Positions 34,856-44,002 of a DNA stretch of 64,000 nt are shown here, in pieces (position 1 is the first letter of the stretch; every line of letters starts with the position of its first letter). The position numbers and the translations under genes are program-made. Location: the IMG/VR virus record IMGVR_UViG_3300025006_000320. One strand, 5' to 3'. The notes beneath the pieces are model-generated. The model worked only from the letters and a program-made list of their open reading frames with translations. It was not told where the DNA came from and did no database searches. The DNA is from a virus.

Positions 34856-36680
34856 GTCTATTGTCGATATTGACGTAAATGACGACAAGTTTGTCTCATT
34901 TATGGATAAGTTTAAAGAATATCAGGCTGCACTTGAGGACCTTCCTGAAGCATGGCGCGGGCTGGCGCATGGCGCCACTGATGCCACCAAAGAGACGGCG
35001 AAAGCGAAAACAGAGGGTGACCTTCTGGCTAAAGCTTTTTCGGAGGGGGCAAGCGCGATTCTGTCGATAAACAGCGGACTTGAGCGGCTTACCGACAGCC
35101 TGGACCGGGCGAATAAAAGTCAGGAAGACTTCAACAAGAAAACCCGCTCATCAAAGGGTTTTTTGAGTGATGCCTCGAAGGACGCGAAATCGCTGGCCGG
35201 GCACATCAGGGATGCAACCACAAGCCTGCTGTCATGGGGTGGCATTGTCGGCCTGTTCACTGGCGTGCTGGGCGTCGGTGGTCTTTTCGGGCTTAACCGC
35301 CTGGCGGCCACAACCGGTTCTCAGAGGTTCACTTCTCTGGGGATCGGGACGAGCATTGGCGCGCTGGATTCGACAGCCATTAACTACCAGAAAGCGCTTG
35401 GCAACCCAACGGGAACGCTGGGCGCTATCCGAGACAGCCAGATGGATCTGTCAAAGCGCTGGACATTCCAGGCTATGGGCATCAACAACCCAGACCAGGA
35501 CCCGGCCAAACTCCTGCCGCAGATGATTCGCAATGCGCGAGACATTTTTGTCAAAAACGGCAGCACCCTGCAGGGTGCCAACGCCTACGGCCTGACGAAC
35601 TTCTTCAGCCTGGATGACCTGAATCGCTTTAAAAATATGAGCGATGAAGAAATCGATGCGATGGAGCGCCGGGCGCAGAAGGATGCGAAGTTACTGCAGA
35701 TCACCGATCAGCAGGCGCGGCAGTGGCAGGATTTCAACGTCCAGTTGGATTACAGCGGGCAGAGCATCCGTAATACGTTTGTGCGCGGGCTCGGTCCGTT
35801 AACCCCGCAGCTTAGCAAGCTTTCTGATGCGCTGGCTGGTGCCATTGATACGGTGCTGCAGTCGCCAGAACTCGGTAAGTGGATTGACGGGCTGGCGGGA
35901 GGCATAGAGCGCTTCGGGAAATACCTCGCATCGCCAGAGTTCACCAAAGATGTTGATGATTTTATGGATGGCCTGCGCAGGCTAGGACAGTCGATAGGTA
36001 GAGTAATTGACCTATTCACTGGTAAAACTAGCGTGAGTGAATTCATGGGTGGAGAGGCGCCTTTGGCCGACGATCCGTCCAAGTCTCCTTCGGAGAACAT
36101 GAACGATAGATACAGGCGATATGAAGCACAGCAAAAATCAAAACCGTATGACCAATATTTCGAAGAGGCGGCAAAAAAATACAACGTTGATCCAAAGTGG
36201 CTGAAGTCCATAGCCGCAGCAGAATCCTCATGGGACCAGAATGCTGTCTCCAGCGCTGGAGCTAAAGGTTTAATGCAGGTTATGCCTTCCAACTTCAGGG
36301 ATGGCGAAAAACCATTTGACCCTCACGACAACATTATGGCAGGAGCGCGAGTTTTCTCATGGGCCATGCAACAGTCTGGCGGTGATTTTGACGAGGCGCT
36401 TCGTTATTACAACGGAGGGGTTCGTCGTGGAAGCGCTGAGAATGTCGCCTACCCTGGGCGAGTAAGAGAGCAATATGAAGCAATGTATGGTTCTCAGAAA
36501 AAACAGGCAATAGAAAACGGCAGCGACAATTCAGAGGTTGCCAAAAACACGAACAAGACTAACCAACTACTGCAACAGATTGTTGACAGAGGGCTTACTG
36601 GGAACGGCTCTGGAATGGTCGTTTACAACAACACTGGCGGTAATGCCGTTGTTTCCAGTTCTCAACTCGGAGTTCGATGA
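34845..36680 (+). CDS. Tape measure protein with lytic transglycosylase domain
   Basis: Helical N-terminal region; SLT motifs AAAESS, GLMQV, YYNGG. Confidence 0.85.
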   Translation: MVAKSIVDIDVNDDKFVSFMDKFKEYQAALEDLPEAWRGLAHGATDATKETAKAKTEGDLLAKAFSEGASAILSINSGLERLTDSLDRANKSQEDFNKKTRSSKGFLSDASKDAKSLAGHIRDATTSLLSWGGIVGLFTGVLGVGGLFGLNRLAATTGSQRFTSLGIGTSIGALDSTAINYQKALGNPTGTLGAIRDSQMDLSKRWTFQAMGINNPDQDPAKLLPQMIRNARDIFVKNGSTLQGANAYGLTNFFSLDDLNRFKNMSDEEIDAMERRAQKDAKLLQITDQQARQWQDFNVQLDYSGQSIRNTFVRGLGPLTPQLSKLSDALAGAIDTVLQSPELGKWIDGLAGGIERFGKYLASPEFTKDVDDFMDGLRRLGQSIGRVIDLFTGKTSVSEFMGGEAPLADDPSKSPSENMNDRYRRYEAQQKSKPYDQYFEEAAKKYNVDPKWLKSIAAAESSWDQNAVSSAGAKGLMQVMPSNFRDGEKPFDPHDNIMAGARVFSWAMQQSGGDFDEALRYYNGGVRRGSAENVAYPGRVREQYEAMYGSQKKQAIENGSDNSEVAKNTNKTNQLLQQIVDRGLTGNGSGMVVYNNTGGNAVVSSSQLGVR

Positions 36681-37408
36681 TAATGGCATTTACTCGCGAG
36701 CTATACCGGCTTGGCTTCGAAATATCCCCGGTTATCCTCTGCAATGGAGTTGCGGAGGCTATCCCCGGCGGTATGCTGCCCATAGTGGCGCTCACCCAAA
36801 GCGCCAGCTTTGTGACCGGGCTGATTGGTGGGGCAATCAACCTTACCGATCTGGATAAATATTTCTGTCACTGGCGGCCTGTTCTGGGCGCGACAATGGT
36901 CGACTATGACATTGCTAAATACCCATTTGCTAACCAGACTGTCGCGGCCAACGCGCTTCTGGCGCAGCCGTTGAGGGTCAGCCTGATGATGGACGCGCCG
37001 GTGAACGAGAATACCGGTGCCATGACCAAACTGGTAACACTGAGCGCGCTGCAGGCAGTGCTTCAGGCGCATGCCAATCTGGGCGGGACTTACATCGTGG
37101 CTACGCCGTCCATCATCTACAACAACTGCATTCTGAAAACTGTTAAGGACAGCTCAACCGGTAATGATCCGCTCCCTCAGCGGTCATGGCTCTGGGATTT
37201 CGAGCAGCCGCTTATTACCACCACTGATGCTGACAGAGCAGTTACCAACTTCCTTAAGAGAATAGATGCCGGGGATCCTAATAAAACACCATCATGGACA
37301 AACACGGCATCAGCTCTTGGCAATACCGCCCTGGGTGGATCGGTAGCAAGTAGTGCGGAGGGCGTAATTGGGCTGATAGGTAAACTCCAGGGGGCGTTCG
37401 GGATATGA
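36677..37408 (+). CDS. Tail tube initiator/baseplate-region protein
   Basis: Position after the tape measure gene. Confidence 0.55.
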   Translation: MIMAFTRELYRLGFEISPVILCNGVAEAIPGGMLPIVALTQSASFVTGLIGGAINLTDLDKYFCHWRPVLGATMVDYDIAKYPFANQTVAANALLAQPLRVSLMMDAPVNENTGAMTKLVTLSALQAVLQAHANLGGTYIVATPSIIYNNCILKTVKDSSTGNDPLPQRSWLWDFEQPLITTTDADRAVTNFLKRIDAGDPNKTPSWTNTASALGNTALGGSVASSAEGVIGLIGKLQGAFGI

Positions 37409-37680
37409 GCACCGTCAATTATCCATTTACTGGAAGAGAGCAGCGTAGCGTGACGTTCTCGCCAATTCTTGACGGGAACGTTTATACCTGTCAGATGAAG
37501 TGGAACATCGCCGCACAGCGTTGGTACCTGCTGATCACTGATAGTTCTGACAACACGGTCATGAATACCGCCGTCGTAGGCTCAACATCTACTGGGGGGA
37601 TAAACCTTTTAAGTGGAGTTTTCTCATCGACGACCATGATCTGGCGCGAAAAGAACGGGCAGATTGAGGTAACGAGCTGA
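37405..37680 (+). CDS. Small baseplate (plug-type) protein
   Basis: F...LDG..Y....WN....RWYL.I.D pattern. Confidence 0.65.
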   Translation: MSTVNYPFTGREQRSVTFSPILDGNVYTCQMKWNIAAQRWYLLITDSSDNTVMNTAVVGSTSTGGINLLSGVFSSTTMIWREKNGQIEVTS

Positions 37681-38702
37681 TGCGTTATTACGAAATAAAC
37701 ATTCTTGATAGCAATGATAAAGTCATCCAGCACTACTCCAGTCATAAAAATGGAGCGTACAACCCAGGCGCCTTGATGGTTGAATTTGACATTCTCAGGT
37801 TCGGAGAGTCTACCCCGCAGGGTGAAACTCACTTAACCATATGGGGGATTGGACCGAGAGACATGCAGCAGGCCAGGCAGAATCTCTATGGTAAAAAAAT
37901 TCAGATTTTTGTTGGCATGTCAAAAGGGCTTCCACTGGCAGGTGCGGTGAATAAAAAGCTAGCTATTGAAGGCTATATCTTTCAGGTGTTCGGCAACTGG
38001 CAGGGCACAGAGCTGCGGCTGGACTTCATCATTGTCGCTGGTCCGGTTAATACCACTGCCCGTGGGCAAATGGTTCCTCTTCAGCTCACCATGCCCTGGT
38101 CAATGGGGCAGAAACTCTCCGTTGCGCTGACACAATGTATCATGACGATGGGCGGCTTTACGCCGAACATAAGCATCAGCGACAGGCTGACGCTGAATTA
38201 CGATCGCCCTATGTTTTGCGGCTCCCTCGCTGAGCTGGCAAAAAACCTCCGGGCGTTTTCGCTGTCCCGCATCAAAGACCCAGGCTATACGGGTGTGGAA
38301 ATTGCCGTGGTGAACGGCAACGAAATCCGGGTGTGGGATAACGATTACGCTAACCATCCAGATCAGGGCTCGAAAACCAGCGCGACGGAAAGGAGTAAAA
38401 ATCCTGTCCAGATAAATTTCAATGACCTGATCGGCCAGCCAACGTGGATTAGCTTTGGCGTTGTCAGCGTCATCTGCGTTATGCGCGCTGACCTGCAGAC
38501 TGGTGACCACATCCTGATGCCAGAAAAGGCCAGGCCGATGATTCAGGCATCCTCTTACTCGCAGTTTCGCGATGACTCAGCCTTTAACGGTGAATTCGTC
38601 GTTCAATCGGTGCGGTTGCTGGGTAACAGCAGGCAGCCTACAGCTGAGGCGTGGATCACAGTTATTGAGGCATACCCGGCGGAGGCGGTTAAGACAAAAT
38701 GA
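37680..38702 (+). CDS. Baseplate hub protein
   Basis: 340 aa, T.LTIWG..., F.VQSVR..GNSR...W.T.IEA; precedes the spike gene. Confidence 0.65.
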   Translation: MRYYEINILDSNDKVIQHYSSHKNGAYNPGALMVEFDILRFGESTPQGETHLTIWGIGPRDMQQARQNLYGKKIQIFVGMSKGLPLAGAVNKKLAIEGYIFQVFGNWQGTELRLDFIIVAGPVNTTARGQMVPLQLTMPWSMGQKLSVALTQCIMTMGGFTPNISISDRLTLNYDRPMFCGSLAELAKNLRAFSLSRIKDPGYTGVEIAVVNGNEIRVWDNDYANHPDQGSKTSATERSKNPVQINFNDLIGQPTWISFGVVSVICVMRADLQTGDHILMPEKARPMIQASSYSQFRDDSAFNGEFVVQSVRLLGNSRQPTAEAWITVIEAYPAEAVKTK

Positions 38703-39415
38703 GCGTTGACCAGAAGCTAAATTTCGGCCGGAACATGAACAGGTTCGCTGAGCAGAAATTCCAGGAGGCGTTCCAGGCTGCCGGGAAGATACTCCCAGCA
38801 AGCATTGTTGAGCAGAAAGGCAACATGGTCACGGTGGCCTTCGAGCTGCATGACACGCCATACGTTTTCCCTAATGTCACGATCCCGCTCTTCGGTCCGC
38901 AGTACATTCGATATCCGATGCAGCCAGGAGATAAAGGGATTGTTATTCCTGCAGACACCTATCTTGGCGGCGTCAGCGGGCAGGGCGGTGGTATCGCCGA
39001 CCTCACCCCTCCCGCCAACCTTAGCGCCCTGGTATACCTGCCGATTAGCAACACCGAATGGGAGGCCGTCGACGGGAACGTTGTCACTATCTACGGGCCT
39101 GAGGGAGTTACCATCCGGGACCAGGGAAGCAACACGACGTTTCTGCTAACGCCTGACAGCGTAACAATCGCTGCCGTGGATCAGTTTAAGGTCACTGTCG
39201 GTAGCACTGTTCTTACCCTTACGCAGGGTATGTGGAGCATCACAGGACAGAGCGGGAAGTTGCAGGACTCTACCGCCAGCACCAGTCCGGCGATTATGCA
39301 CACTGGCTGGGTCGCTCTGGTGGCGTGGCTAAATGCGCATGCTCATACAAACGGAAATGGCGGTGCGAACACTGGCGCGCCAACCACTACTTTCAACGGG
39401 AATATCACGCAATGA
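38699..39415 (+). CDS. Baseplate spike (Gp138/Gp45-like)
   Basis: N-terminal OB-type P.QPGDKG segment, beta-rich tail ending H.H. Confidence 0.7.
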   Translation: MSVDQKLNFGRNMNRFAEQKFQEAFQAAGKILPASIVEQKGNMVTVAFELHDTPYVFPNVTIPLFGPQYIRYPMQPGDKGIVIPADTYLGGVSGQGGGIADLTPPANLSALVYLPISNTEWEAVDGNVVTIYGPEGVTIRDQGSNTTFLLTPDSVTIAAVDQFKVTVGSTVLTLTQGMWSITGQSGKLQDSTASTSPAIMHTGWVALVAWLNAHAHTNGNGGANTGAPTTTFNGNITQ

Positions 39416-39744
39416 GAACCTACGGGAGAAATGCAGAGGGTAAGTGGGTGCTGGTGTTGCCGGATGAAAATGGCTTCAACGACTCCATCTATCTTACGAC
39501 GCTGATCCAGAATCTGAAGCTGGCGCCGCAGGAGTCGCCGTTTTTTGCAAACAACGGCATCCCGTCGCAGAGTTCAGTCATTCAGCAGGTGCTGCCCACC
39601 TATTATGTCGACAGGCTTCAACGGCAATTTAGCCAGTATTTTTCATCCCTGCAGATAGCCCTGGTGAGTGATGACCCTCCCGTATACAACATTTCGGCGA
39701 TAACGAACGCCGGTTCTAAAATTATCACAACGGTGAACGTATGA
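39412..39744 (+). CDS. Baseplate wedge small subunit (110 aa)
   Basis: ATGA overlap at 39412; ESPFFANNGIP pattern. Confidence 0.6.
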   Translation: MRTYGRNAEGKWVLVLPDENGFNDSIYLTTLIQNLKLAPQESPFFANNGIPSQSSVIQQVLPTYYVDRLQRQFSQYFSSLQIALVSDDPPVYNISAITNAGSKIITTVNV

Positions 39745-41159
39745 GTGATTTGTCCGTTAGCTATGATGCGGCCGGGCCAGTTCCGAAAACCTCCGAAGAG
39801 CTGCGCGCCGATCTTGTTTCAAGAGCCACTGAATTATCACCCGGAATCACGACGGACCTGCCTGGCTCACTGATTGAGGATATTGTCAGTACCGACGTCG
39901 GAGCACTGATCATCGCCGACCAGATCCGCGTCGACCTCATAAACTCTGTTGGCCCGCTGAAAGCGAATATGTACATGCTGAACCTCCTGGCGCAGCAGTC
40001 AGGTATCCCACCGCAAAAAACTGAGGGTTCGACAACAGTTCCTGTCGTGTTTGAAGGATCAGTAGGTTTCGTTGTGTCGCAGGGATTTCTGGTCAGCGAC
40101 GGCACTTATACCTACCAGATTGCCGATGCGACAGTGGTCCTGTCCTCAGGTGTCAGCTCGATGGTAACAGCCATTGCAACGAACACCGGTTCGTGGGCCG
40201 TTCCGGTCGGTTCTGTTAACCAGACCCTTACCAGCCTGCCGTCTGACATTACCCTTACTTGCACCAACCCGGTTGCCGGCACACCTGGCGGTGCGCCTGA
40301 AACTAACTCCGAGTTTCGCGAGCGCGTCTGGGAAGCTCAGATGTCGACCGTGCAGGGATATCCTGGTTTTATACGGCAGAAGCTTACAGACCTGAGCAAT
40401 GTTCAGGCCCGACTGGTTTCAGTCGTTCAGAGCGGTAATGCGTGGATTGTGATGTGTGGTGGCGGTGATATCTATGAGATGGCCGGGGCGATTTATAAAT
40501 CAGCTGGCGACATCAGCAGGCTGAAAGGGACCGATTTGAATGTAACCGGGATCACCAATGCAAACCCTGGCGTCGTCACGACAGATATCACCCACGGTTT
40601 CAGCACAGGACAGGTTATAAAAATCGCTGGTGTAACCGGCATGGCTGGCATTAATAACGTGTCACTAACCATCACCGTGTTGAGCCCGCACACCTTCTCT
40701 ATAGGCATCAACACCACTGCCTCGGGTGCGTGGACAGGTGGAGGCATAGTCACGCCTAACCTGAGAAACAACGTTGTCACTATTAACGATTGGCCGGATA
40801 ACTACGTCATCCCGTTCGTCGTTCCGCTGCAGCAACTGGTAACGATTAAATTTGAATGGGCCACGGAAAGCGCCAACTACCTGACTGACGCGACTATAGC
40901 ATCGCTGGTGTCGCAGCCAGTAATCAATTATGTGAACGGGATATTTGCTGGCAATCCGATGAATATCAATAACGTCAAGGATGTATTTCTTCAGGCCATT
41001 AACAGCACGCTTGATATGAGCCTAATCTCGACTTTGAACGTTATTGTTACTGTGAATGGAATTATCACAGGCGTGGACGCCGGAACTAATATCATCAGCG
41101 GTGACCCATACAGTTACTGGTACATTGCCTCAGATGGGGTTATTGTTGACGGGATATAA
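39741..41159 (+). CDS. Baseplate J-like protein with inserted FCCH-like domain
   Basis: G...ET..EFR.R motif; ITNANPGVVT...HGFSTGQ.I.I.GV.GM..IN insert. Confidence 0.8.
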   Translation: MSDLSVSYDAAGPVPKTSEELRADLVSRATELSPGITTDLPGSLIEDIVSTDVGALIIADQIRVDLINSVGPLKANMYMLNLLAQQSGIPPQKTEGSTTVPVVFEGSVGFVVSQGFLVSDGTYTYQIADATVVLSSGVSSMVTAIATNTGSWAVPVGSVNQTLTSLPSDITLTCTNPVAGTPGGAPETNSEFRERVWEAQMSTVQGYPGFIRQKLTDLSNVQARLVSVVQSGNAWIVMCGGGDIYEMAGAIYKSAGDISRLKGTDLNVTGITNANPGVVTTDITHGFSTGQVIKIAGVTGMAGINNVSLTITVLSPHTFSIGINTTASGAWTGGGIVTPNLRNNVVTINDWPDNYVIPFVVPLQQLVTIKFEWATESANYLTDATIASLVSQPVINYVNGIFAGNPMNINNVKDVFLQAINSTLDMSLISTLNVIVTVNGIITGVDAGTNIISGDPYSYWYIASDGVIVDGI

Positions 41160-41160
41160 A

Positions 41161-41865
41161 ATGCTGGAAGATATCATTAAATCATACCTGTATACGCAGT
41201 ATAACGACGATGATGATCTTCAGGCGTTCGTCACTGCGTATAACACCATGGCTCAGGAAATTTATTCATGGATGATTAACGCCAATCTCCCGATCTTTGT
41301 CGGCGGATACAATGCTGGCGACCAGCTAAAATGGATAGCCAGAGGAATTTACGGCGTGAGGCCGCCAGTGCTTATCAGTGGGAAACGAACCGTTTACGGC
41401 CCGTACAATGCTATTCTGTTTAACCAACTGCCATTTAATGGTCGGAAGGTGGTAAATCAGTCTGAGCAGGTTGTTGTCTCCGATGATCTATTCAAGCGCA
41501 TCATGACATGGAACTTCTACAAGGGTGATGGGTATTACTTCACTATCCCATGGCTGAAGCGCCGAATCATGCGATTCCTGGCTGGCATCGATGGCGTAGA
41601 CGTTATTAACGATCAACGGTGGAGTATATCTGTTCTCTTCTCAGGTTCGGGAGCAAGTATCTCGATCATAAAAGGGTACAGAAAGCTCACTGATACCTCG
41701 ATGTTTAATAGCTTTGCTTTCAACTCTCGAACCTACAATCAGAAGAAAAGCCTGCTTATAAAGAGCGATGATTACGAATATGCATCCCTCTTCAAGCAGG
41801 CCTTTGATAGTGGGTTGCTCCATATGCCATTTTATCAGCCGGTTAGCGTGACTATCATTGGGTGA
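41161..41865 (+). CDS. Baseplate wedge protein (DUF2612-like)
   Basis: QLKWIA.GIYG and DDLFKRIM.W...GDG motifs after the J-like gene. Confidence 0.65.
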   Translation: MLEDIIKSYLYTQYNDDDDLQAFVTAYNTMAQEIYSWMINANLPIFVGGYNAGDQLKWIARGIYGVRPPVLISGKRTVYGPYNAILFNQLPFNGRKVVNQSEQVVVSDDLFKRIMTWNFYKGDGYYFTIPWLKRRIMRFLAGIDGVDVINDQRWSISVLFSGSGASISIIKGYRKLTDTSMFNSFAFNSRTYNQKKSLLIKSDDYEYASLFKQAFDSGLLHMPFYQPVSVTIIG

Positions 41866-41868
41866 GCG

Positions 41869-42279
41869 CTATTCGCCATCTGATAGATTATAACCAGCGT
41901 CAATCATTTTGATAAAAACTGGCTTAAACCATGAGTAATCTACCTGTGATATTCCAGATTTTGTGTATATTTGTTCCAGTAGGTAGTCAGAGTATGTTTT
42001 TCTTTCAATGCCGTCATTTGATGCTCTAAATGCCAATATACATGCATTTGAAAACATTTTTATTTGACTCATTTTTGTTGTTGGGCTAATAAGATCATAA
42101 TCTTGAAAGTGTTTTTTTCTTGCTTCATTAATTGATTTTACATAGACTTTCTCGTAATTTCCTTGTTCAATTCCAGCTATTTTTGTGCAATCTCTTTGTA
42201 TGGTTTGTTCTGTGGAAGAGATTGCCTCACTGGATGTTGAAACAAAAAACATAAAAGCTATAATCGATAAAAATTTCAT
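41869..42279 (-). CDS. AT-rich accessory protein with Sec signal peptide
   Basis: MKFLSIIAFMFFVSTSSEA signal, two Cys, downstream of mnt. Confidence 0.75.
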   Translation of the reverse strand: MKFLSIIAFMFFVSTSSEAISSTEQTIQRDCTKIAGIEQGNYEKVYVKSINEARKKHFQDYDLISPTTKMSQIKMFSNACILAFRASNDGIERKTYSDYLLEQIYTKSGISQVDYSWFKPVFIKMIDAGYNLSDGE

Positions 42280-42325
42280 ATTTCATCCGTAATTTATGGT
42301 TAAATATATTTAAGGTGGGTTTTTG

Positions 42326-42658
42326 CTATTTGTATTTATTCTTCAAAAACTCAACGTGGTCTTTCAGGATGTTAATGTGCTCGTTGAGACTGTTTATAGT
42401 GTTTTCCATGTGAGATATGGTCTCTTTTTGGGTCTCAATAATTTCATCCTTCATGCTCAGTAAGTATTGATAATGGTCTGACGTTTCTTTCGAGCGATTG
42501 CTTTCACCTTCATCAAGTTTTGAAAATGAACTTTCGAGTATTTGAACGATTTCAGCGTTCGTCGAACGTCCATTTTCCTTTGCTTGGGTTTGGATTTTTT
42601 CCTTTAAATCTTCAGGGATCCTCACCCCAAGTGGGGCTATCAAGCTGGCACCTTTCAT
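42326..42658 (-). CDS. mnt: Mnt-like Arc-family repressor with coiled-coil tail
   Basis: PLGVRIPEDLKEKI...AKENGRSTNAEIVQIL.SSF; divergent from arc. Confidence 0.8.
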   Translation of the reverse strand: MKGASLIAPLGVRIPEDLKEKIQTQAKENGRSTNAEIVQILESSFSKLDEGESNRSKETSDHYQYLLSMKDEIIETQKETISHMENTINSLNEHINILKDHVEFLKNKYK

Positions 42659-42680
42659 GCTACATCCTCAGAATCAACAA

Positions 42681-42752
42681 TCTACATAATGTAGTCGAAA
42701 AATGTTTGACAGGATAGACACATACTGCAATTATAAATCTACATAATGTAGT
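42681..42752. promoter_or_regulatory. Pant-like promoter flanked by two identical operators
   Basis: CTACATAATGTAG palindrome at 42682-42694 and 42739-42751; TTGACA at 42706. Confidence 0.75.
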
Positions 42753-42771
42753 TTTTAAGTAGGAGAATGAT

Positions 42772-42933
42772 ATGCACAATGCAAGAAACATCCCACCAAC
42801 AGGCATTCGGTTCCCTGATGCACTGAAGGAAATCCTGAAGAAAGCAGCAAAAGAAGAGGGGCGCTCGGTAAACAGTGAGGTGATTAAACGTATAGAAAGG
42901 AGCTTGAAAGAAGATGGATTTATTAAGGCATAG
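42772..42933 (+). CDS. arc: Arc-like repressor (53 aa, not in track)
   Basis: MHNARNIPPTGIRFPDALKEILKKAAKEEGRSVNSEVIKRIERSL; AGGAG SD. Confidence 0.88.
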   Translation: MHNARNIPPTGIRFPDALKEILKKAAKEEGRSVNSEVIKRIERSLKEDGFIKA

Positions 42934-42934
42934 A

Positions 42935-43002
42935 AACGAAGAAGCCCCAACCGCAGCAACAGTCAGGGCTTCAAATTTGTCAGTAACTACCAAGGAACTA
43001 AC
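42935..43002 (-). ncRNA. sar: sar-like antisense RNA over the ant translation start
   Basis: Minus-strand TTGATA-17-TATACT at 43037-43009; terminal hairpin GAAGCCC...GGGGCTTC; intergenic sequence resembles P22 arc-ant as recalled. Confidence 0.7.
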
Positions 43003-43005
43003 GAT

Positions 43006-43944
43006 ATGAGTATAGCAACCGCAGTCTCTACTATCAACGTGCCTTTCCACGGTGCTGATCTGTATGTTGTAAGTGTTGATAATGAGGCGTATACCCCGAT
43101 GCGCCCAATTATTGATGGTATGGGATTAACCTATCAAGGTCAGGCCGATAAACTGAAGTCACGGTTTGCTAAAGGGGTCAGGGAAATCATGATCCCTACG
43201 AAAGGGGGCGAACAAACCATGCTTTGCCTTGCGTTACGCAAACTGAATGGCTGGCTCCAAACTGTAAGCCCCAACAAAGTACGACCTGAAATCCGCGATA
43301 ACGTCATTCGCTATCAGGAAGAGTGCGACGATGTGCTTTACGAATACTGGACAAAAGGGTCGGCGGTAAACCCACGGAAGAAAACTACCGTGAATGAGCG
43401 TACTCCGTTACGTGACGCTGTAAATATGCTGGTGGGGAGAAAGGGGTTGCGCTACGACGATGCATACAACATCGTTCATCAGCGGTTTAACGTTGAAAGT
43501 ATTGATGAGCTCGATCTTGAGCAAATCACAATGGCAGTTGAGTACGTTCACCGCATGGCTTTGGAGGGGGAGTTCCTTGGTAAGCAACTGGAGCTGCCAA
43601 TGCCAAAACTGGACATAAATATTCCTCTCCAGTGGTGGATTGACAACAATCCGGTGGTTCGTAGTGGCAACCTGTCATTCGGAAAGTCAATGTGTGCACC
43701 TGCCCTGGACGTCACTATGCCTATGCTCTGTGGCGACAATTCAACATCGTCTGCCATTCGCTTGATCAATATTCTTGAGGCGGCAGGGTTTGACGTATCA
43801 GCGCCTAAGGCTGAAATCGTAGCAATGAGAAGTCATCTGGCAAATATTGAATATGGCATGAAAGCCATTGCTGATGCTTGCCGGCGGGCAGGAAACAAAA
43901 CTATCTCCTTCCGCGGCGCTAAAGCAGAATTCGTAATTAACTAA
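43006..43944 (+). CDS. ant: P22 Ant-type antirepressor
   Basis: VPFHG..LY..., LRKLNGWL..V.PNKV...YQEECDDVLY.YW.KG and RTPLRDAVN.L domains. Confidence 0.88.
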   Translation: MSIATAVSTINVPFHGADLYVVSVDNEAYTPMRPIIDGMGLTYQGQADKLKSRFAKGVREIMIPTKGGEQTMLCLALRKLNGWLQTVSPNKVRPEIRDNVIRYQEECDDVLYEYWTKGSAVNPRKKTTVNERTPLRDAVNMLVGRKGLRYDDAYNIVHQRFNVESIDELDLEQITMAVEYVHRMALEGEFLGKQLELPMPKLDINIPLQWWIDNNPVVRSGNLSFGKSMCAPALDVTMPMLCGDNSTSSAIRLINILEAAGFDVSAPKAEIVAMRSHLANIEYGMKAIADACRRAGNKTISFRGAKAEFVIN

Positions 43945-43956
43945 AAATCGTTAACC

Positions 43957-43980
43957 AAACCCGCTTCGGCGGGTTTTTTA
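43957..43980 (+). terminator. Terminator after ant
   Basis: AACCCGC-TTCG-GCGGGTT then TTTT. Confidence 0.85.
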
Positions 43981-44002
43981 TTGCCCGAATCCCGGAGGAT
44001 AA

